A DNA stretch of 62,153 nucleotides from an uncultured Methanospirillum sp. GTDB lineage: Archaea > Halobacteriota > Methanomicrobia > Methanomicrobiales > Methanospirillaceae. The DNA lies in assembly GCA_964637135.1 (NCBI GenBank), contig CAZWTX010000004.1, positions 62,001 to 124,153 of the forward strand, written 5' to 3'. Within the stretch, counting starts at the first letter, position 1. The number at the start of each line of letters is the position of its first letter. This document shows, piece by piece, positions 58,620-62,153 of this stretch. The notes below the pieces were generated by a model. The model saw only the letters and a list, made by a program, of their open reading frames with translations. It was not told where the DNA came from and did no database searches. The translations under genes and the position numbers were made by a program.

Positions 58620-60071
58620 ATGGATCCCATTTTTTATTCCCCTTACCTATGGGTAGACATGAGAGTGAGTGGCCGGGAAGATAATACCCTGATTCCTGTA
58701 TTCAATCCCGCTGATGGAACCCTAGTAGGGACTGTTCCTGGTAATACTCCGTCAGACCTTAATGAGGCGGTTGAAGCATCCCTGACTGCGTTTCCCTCAT
58801 GGAGCCGGAGAGATATGGTTGATCGGGGGAAAGTTCTCTTTACCGCTGCCCGGATGGTTCGTGATCAACAGGATCATCTTGCGACACTCCTCACCCGTGA
58901 GCAGGGAAAGCCCTTAAAGGAATCAGCAAACGAAATAGCCGGTTTTGCCCGCGTCCTCGAGTACTACGCGTCTGTCTCGGGTTCTCTTCGTGGTGAATAT
59001 TCGTATTCCCGCCTGTATGGTCACTCTATTGTCTCCCGCCGGCCACTCGGTGTCTGCGGGGCTATCATCCCGTGGAACATGCCGGTTCTCATCATGGGCT
59101 GGAAGATTTGTCCGGCACTCGTTTCCGGGAACACCATGGTACTCAAACCAGCCACGACAGCGCCGCTCACCTGTATCGCCCTTGCCGGCATTCTCGTCAC
59201 TGCCGGGATCCCGGAAGGGGTACTCTCCATCCTCACCGGGCCGGGGGAAGTGATCGGTGAGGCGATGGCAGCCCATCCGGATATCAGGGCCCTTTCATTC
59301 ACCGGAGAGATCTCAACGGGAATCAGGGTTTCCACCCGGGCTGCCTCGACGATGAAGCGGCTGATTCTGGAACTTGGCGGTAGTGATGCAATGATCGTAT
59401 GCAGGGATGCAGACATCGGTGCAGCTGCATCGGGTGCTGTTTCGGGAAGATTCTTTAATTGCGGGCAGACCTGTACGGCAGTAAAACGGCTCTTTGTTGA
59501 TGATATCATTGCAGATGAATTCATCTCACGGGTGAAAGAGAGGATATCTGCAATGAAGGTGGGAAACGGCCTTGTCCCGGGCACAGATATGGGCCCGATG
59601 CATACTGCATCACACCGGGATCGGCTTTTAGACCAGGTTGAACGGACAGTCTCTTCCGGCAGGGGAAGGATCATCCTTGGTGAGGCGTTGCCGGACCGGA
59701 CCTCCCCGGATGGTTCCTTCCTGAATCCTATCCTTATGACCGATGTGAGTCCGGATGCCCCGGTGGTCACCGAGGAGGTGTTCGGACCGGTCCTTCCGGT
59801 TATCAGGTATCATAAACTAGATGATGCGATACAGATGGCAAACCATACCCGGTACGGGCTTGGTGCCTCGGTCTGGACAGAGGACCTGAAAACCATAACC
59901 CGGACGAGTGAAGAACTCACCTCCGGTATTGTCTGGATTAACCAGCACCTGAAAATCCCTCCGGAGGTTCCGTTCGGAGGGATGAAGGAGTCTGGTCACG
60001 GGCGAGAAAACGGGATACGTGCACTGGATCACTATCTTGAGGACAAGACGATCCTGATCAGGAGTACCTGA
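58620..60071 (+). CDS. NAD(P)-dependent aldehyde dehydrogenase
   Basis: I.PWN.P, LKP, SFTG, LELGG, FNCGQTC, EEVFGP, PFGG.K.SG.GRE. Confidence 0.93.
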   Translation: MDPIFYSPYLWVDMRVSGREDNTLIPVFNPADGTLVGTVPGNTPSDLNEAVEASLTAFPSWSRRDMVDRGKVLFTAARMVRDQQDHLATLLTREQGKPLKESANEIAGFARVLEYYASVSGSLRGEYSYSRLYGHSIVSRRPLGVCGAIIPWNMPVLIMGWKICPALVSGNTMVLKPATTAPLTCIALAGILVTAGIPEGVLSILTGPGEVIGEAMAAHPDIRALSFTGEISTGIRVSTRAASTMKRLILELGGSDAMIVCRDADIGAAASGAVSGRFFNCGQTCTAVKRLFVDDIIADEFISRVKERISAMKVGNGLVPGTDMGPMHTASHRDRLLDQVERTVSSGRGRIILGEALPDRTSPDGSFLNPILMTDVSPDAPVVTEEVFGPVLPVIRYHKLDDAIQMANHTRYGLGASVWTEDLKTITRTSEELTSGIVWINQHLKIPPEVPFGGMKESGHGRENGIRALDHYLEDKTILIRST

Positions 60072-60919
60072 TGGTACGGGTAGGTGTGCATGTCTCCATT
60101 GCCGGTTCACTTGATAAGGCTGTTGAGCGGGCGGCCGAACGTGGATGCGACTGTTTCCAGATATTTACCCGTAATCCGCGGGGATGGGCTGCCAGGCCGA
60201 TTACAGATTCTGATGCAGACCGGTTCAGGAAGGCAGTACAGCACTCAGGCATAGGGCCGGTCTTTGCCCATATGCCCTACCTTCCGAATCTTGCCGGGAC
60301 AGATCTGGCATTGCATGAGAAGAGCATCCGTGTATTACTGGAAGAAATCTGGCGGTGTGATCTGCTTGGGATACCGTATCTCGTGACCCATCTCGGACAT
60401 GCCCGGGATTCCCCGGATTCAGGACGTGCCCGGGCAATAGCAGCGATATTGCAGGTTTACGGGGATTATGATGGTTCTGTTATGCTCCTGCTTGAGAACA
60501 CAGCCGGGGAAAAAAATTCGATAGGAAGCCGGATTGAGGATCTCACAACCGTGTTCTCCGGAATTGGTATGCCGGACCGGATCGGGATCTGCCTTGATAC
60601 CTGCCATGCCTTTGCAGCCGGGTATGAACAGCGGACCCCTGCTGCCCTGAATGCTCTCGTGGAGGCGATCGATGCCGGTATCGGTCTTTCCCATCTCCGG
60701 CTGATCCATCTCAACGATGCAAAGGGAGAACTCGGAACAGGGCTTGACCGCCATGAGCATATTGGTCTCGGCTCGATCGGGATGCCGGGAATGAAGACGA
60801 TCCTTCATCATCCTGCCCTGAGGTCAGTTCCGCTCATCTGCGAGACGCCGGTTGATGATCGGCGCGGGGATGATGAGAATATCAGGATGGTACGGGCGCT
60901 GGCTCAGGATCCCTCCTGA
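60071..60919 (+). CDS. nfo: Endonuclease IV
   Basis: GVHVSIAG, H.PY..N, LENTAG, C.DTCH.F, HLND, DRH..IG, ETP. Confidence 0.93.
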   Translation: MVRVGVHVSIAGSLDKAVERAAERGCDCFQIFTRNPRGWAARPITDSDADRFRKAVQHSGIGPVFAHMPYLPNLAGTDLALHEKSIRVLLEEIWRCDLLGIPYLVTHLGHARDSPDSGRARAIAAILQVYGDYDGSVMLLLENTAGEKNSIGSRIEDLTTVFSGIGMPDRIGICLDTCHAFAAGYEQRTPAALNALVEAIDAGIGLSHLRLIHLNDAKGELGTGLDRHEHIGLGSIGMPGMKTILHHPALRSVPLICETPVDDRRGDDENIRMVRALAQDPS

Positions 60920-61152
60920 AGAAAATGGAAAAACAACTCGTTTTTTTGGATTTTTTAATTAAATTCAGGCAGTTCTATATTCCCCTTCGGATATCTCTCT
61001 GAAGAGGTTTATATCCCTTCATATGACCGGAAGCCTGATAAAATCATTAAAACCTGGTGGAAAATACGAGAACCTTATAGGGACCTACACAAAACGATAC
61101 ACATGGAAGATACTGCAATGGTTTGATTGCGGTATCTGTCAGGTGAAACCGC

Positions 61153-62153
61153 ATGAAACCGATGGGATATTATTGTGCAGGGGTGCTCCTCCTGCTTCTC
61201 GTTCTGGTCACGGTGGCGACAGCCCAGCCGATTACTCCTCCGGTTGTCATTACTGCCCCCGGAACTTATGAACTGGTTGCTGATGCCAGGGGCATCAATG
61301 ATGTATACGGAATCAAGATTGAGTCTTCTGACGTGACCATTGACGGACAGAGTTACTTTGTTGGGGGAACAAGCCGTGACAAGTCTGCCGGGGTATTCGT
61401 GAACAAGTACGGGAGTTCCATCACTAATGTCACGGTTAAAAATCTCAAGCTTGAGAACTGGGATACCGGGGTAGGGTACGAGTATGTGAAAGGGACTGAA
61501 GGGGATATCAATCTCATCTCCAATTGTGATATCATCAACACCAACACAGCTGTTGACCTCAAGTACTCTGATTATGTGACCGTTGAATCCAATCTTATTC
61601 GTGAAACCTCGACCGGCATTGCGATTCAATCCCTCTCGACGAATATTCTTGCCGAAAAGAACACGATCAAGGATTCAGGAGTCGGTATCTCCGTTCTGAA
61701 TACGGATGAAGCCACTATCAGTGATAATAACGTCAACTCGTGCAAGGTTTACGGGGTTGAGGTGACTGATTCGACAAACCTTAACATCAATAGAAACAGT
61801 ATCAGCGATAACACCTATGCAGCGCTCAGAATTGACAATATCAGGGATGGAAAAATAACCTCGAACAACTTCTCAAAAACTGAGACCGGTGCTGTCTTTG
61901 TGGTCGGGAATGATGTCAGCGGTGTGCAGGTGACTGACAATTACTTCGGAAGTGTCACCAATATTGCCATCGATGATATCAGTTCCGGGATTGTATGGAA
62001 TACCACGCTCCAGACAGGAGTGAATATCCTTGGCGGTCCGTATCTTGGCGGCAATTACTGGGGTTCTGCTCCCGGTCTTGAGGGAGAATCGGACAAGGCA
62101 GATGATGTGGACGGGTATGGCATCTGCGATGAACCCATTGTCATCAATGATTA
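61153..62153 (+). CDS. Secreted parallel beta-helix (NosD/CASH-type) surface protein, runs off the window
   Basis: Absent from the ORF track. AGGTGA RBS, MKPMGYYCAGVLLLLLVLVTVATA signal peptide, ITAPGTYEL..D, beta-helix repeats, NILGGPYLGGNYW...D..G.GI.D.P. Confidence 0.85.
   Translation, partial: MKPMGYYCAGVLLLLLVLVTVATAQPITPPVVITAPGTYELVADARGINDVYGIKIESSDVTIDGQSYFVGGTSRDKSAGVFVNKYGSSITNVTVKNLKLENWDTGVGYEYVKGTEGDINLISNCDIINTNTAVDLKYSDYVTVESNLIRETSTGIAIQSLSTNILAEKNTIKDSGVGISVLNTDEATISDNNVNSCKVYGVEVTDSTNLNINRNSISDNTYAALRIDNIRDGKITSNNFSKTETGAVFVVGNDVSGVQVTDNYFGSVTNIAIDDISSGIVWNTTLQTGVNILGGPYLGGNYWGSAPGLEGESDKADDVDGYGICDEPIVIND

Noticed and set aside
58620..60071. Naming the aldehyde dehydrogenase cofA (lactaldehyde dehydrogenase)
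   Set aside because: Substrate specificity cannot be read from the motifs, and the gene is not adjacent to cof genes.
61075..61629. 184-aa minus-strand ORF
   Set aside because: Antisense to the NosD-type gene starting at 61153 on the plus strand.
1..62153. CRISPR arrays, tRNA or rRNA genes
   Set aside because: No regularly spaced repeats or cloverleaf/rRNA-like stretches were seen by eye in the intergenic gaps; a covariance-model scan was not run.

Overview
Chromosomal window from a hydrogenotrophic/formate-using methanogenic archaeon. Gene content and order point to Methanomicrobiales, probably Methanospirillum-like (inference). The left half is energy metabolism: fmdG-fmdF-hdrC-hdrB (runs off the edge), two fdhAB pairs, the formate channel fdhC, ftr, a beta-carbonic anhydrase and a six-gene Ehr/Hyf-like membrane complex. 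It also holds a six-gene operon of unknown coiled-coil and membrane proteins. The right half has a GmrSD-type nuclease, a nine-gene operon built around aksA/D/E/F, an OLD-type ATPase, a thyA-cofH-(chorismate lyase::beta-RFAP synthase) cluster, a hybrid sensor kinase, trpEGDCFBA, a GT4 glycosyltransferase, an aldehyde dehydrogenase, endonuclease IV and a partial NosD-type surface protein. Three leads stand out. (1) The aks operon carries five extra genes (truncated TPP enzyme, radical SAM with an extra Cys motif, two TiaS-kinase-domain/Mmp11 paralogues, a Cys-rich unknown) whose predicted chemistry fits the unassigned late steps of coenzyme B synthesis. (2) The Ehr complex has also lost all four small-subunit [4Fe-4S] ligands, so it has no predicted redox cofactor, and it sits beside a carbonic anhydrase. 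(3) The coiled-coil operon has three paralogues sharing a Y-x9-[ED]-W-x-L type motif and a CDC48-N-like/11-mer-repeat/TrkA-C lead protein. No rRNA, tRNA, CRISPR array or intact IS element was seen. All assignments come from motif recognition by eye; no searches were run.
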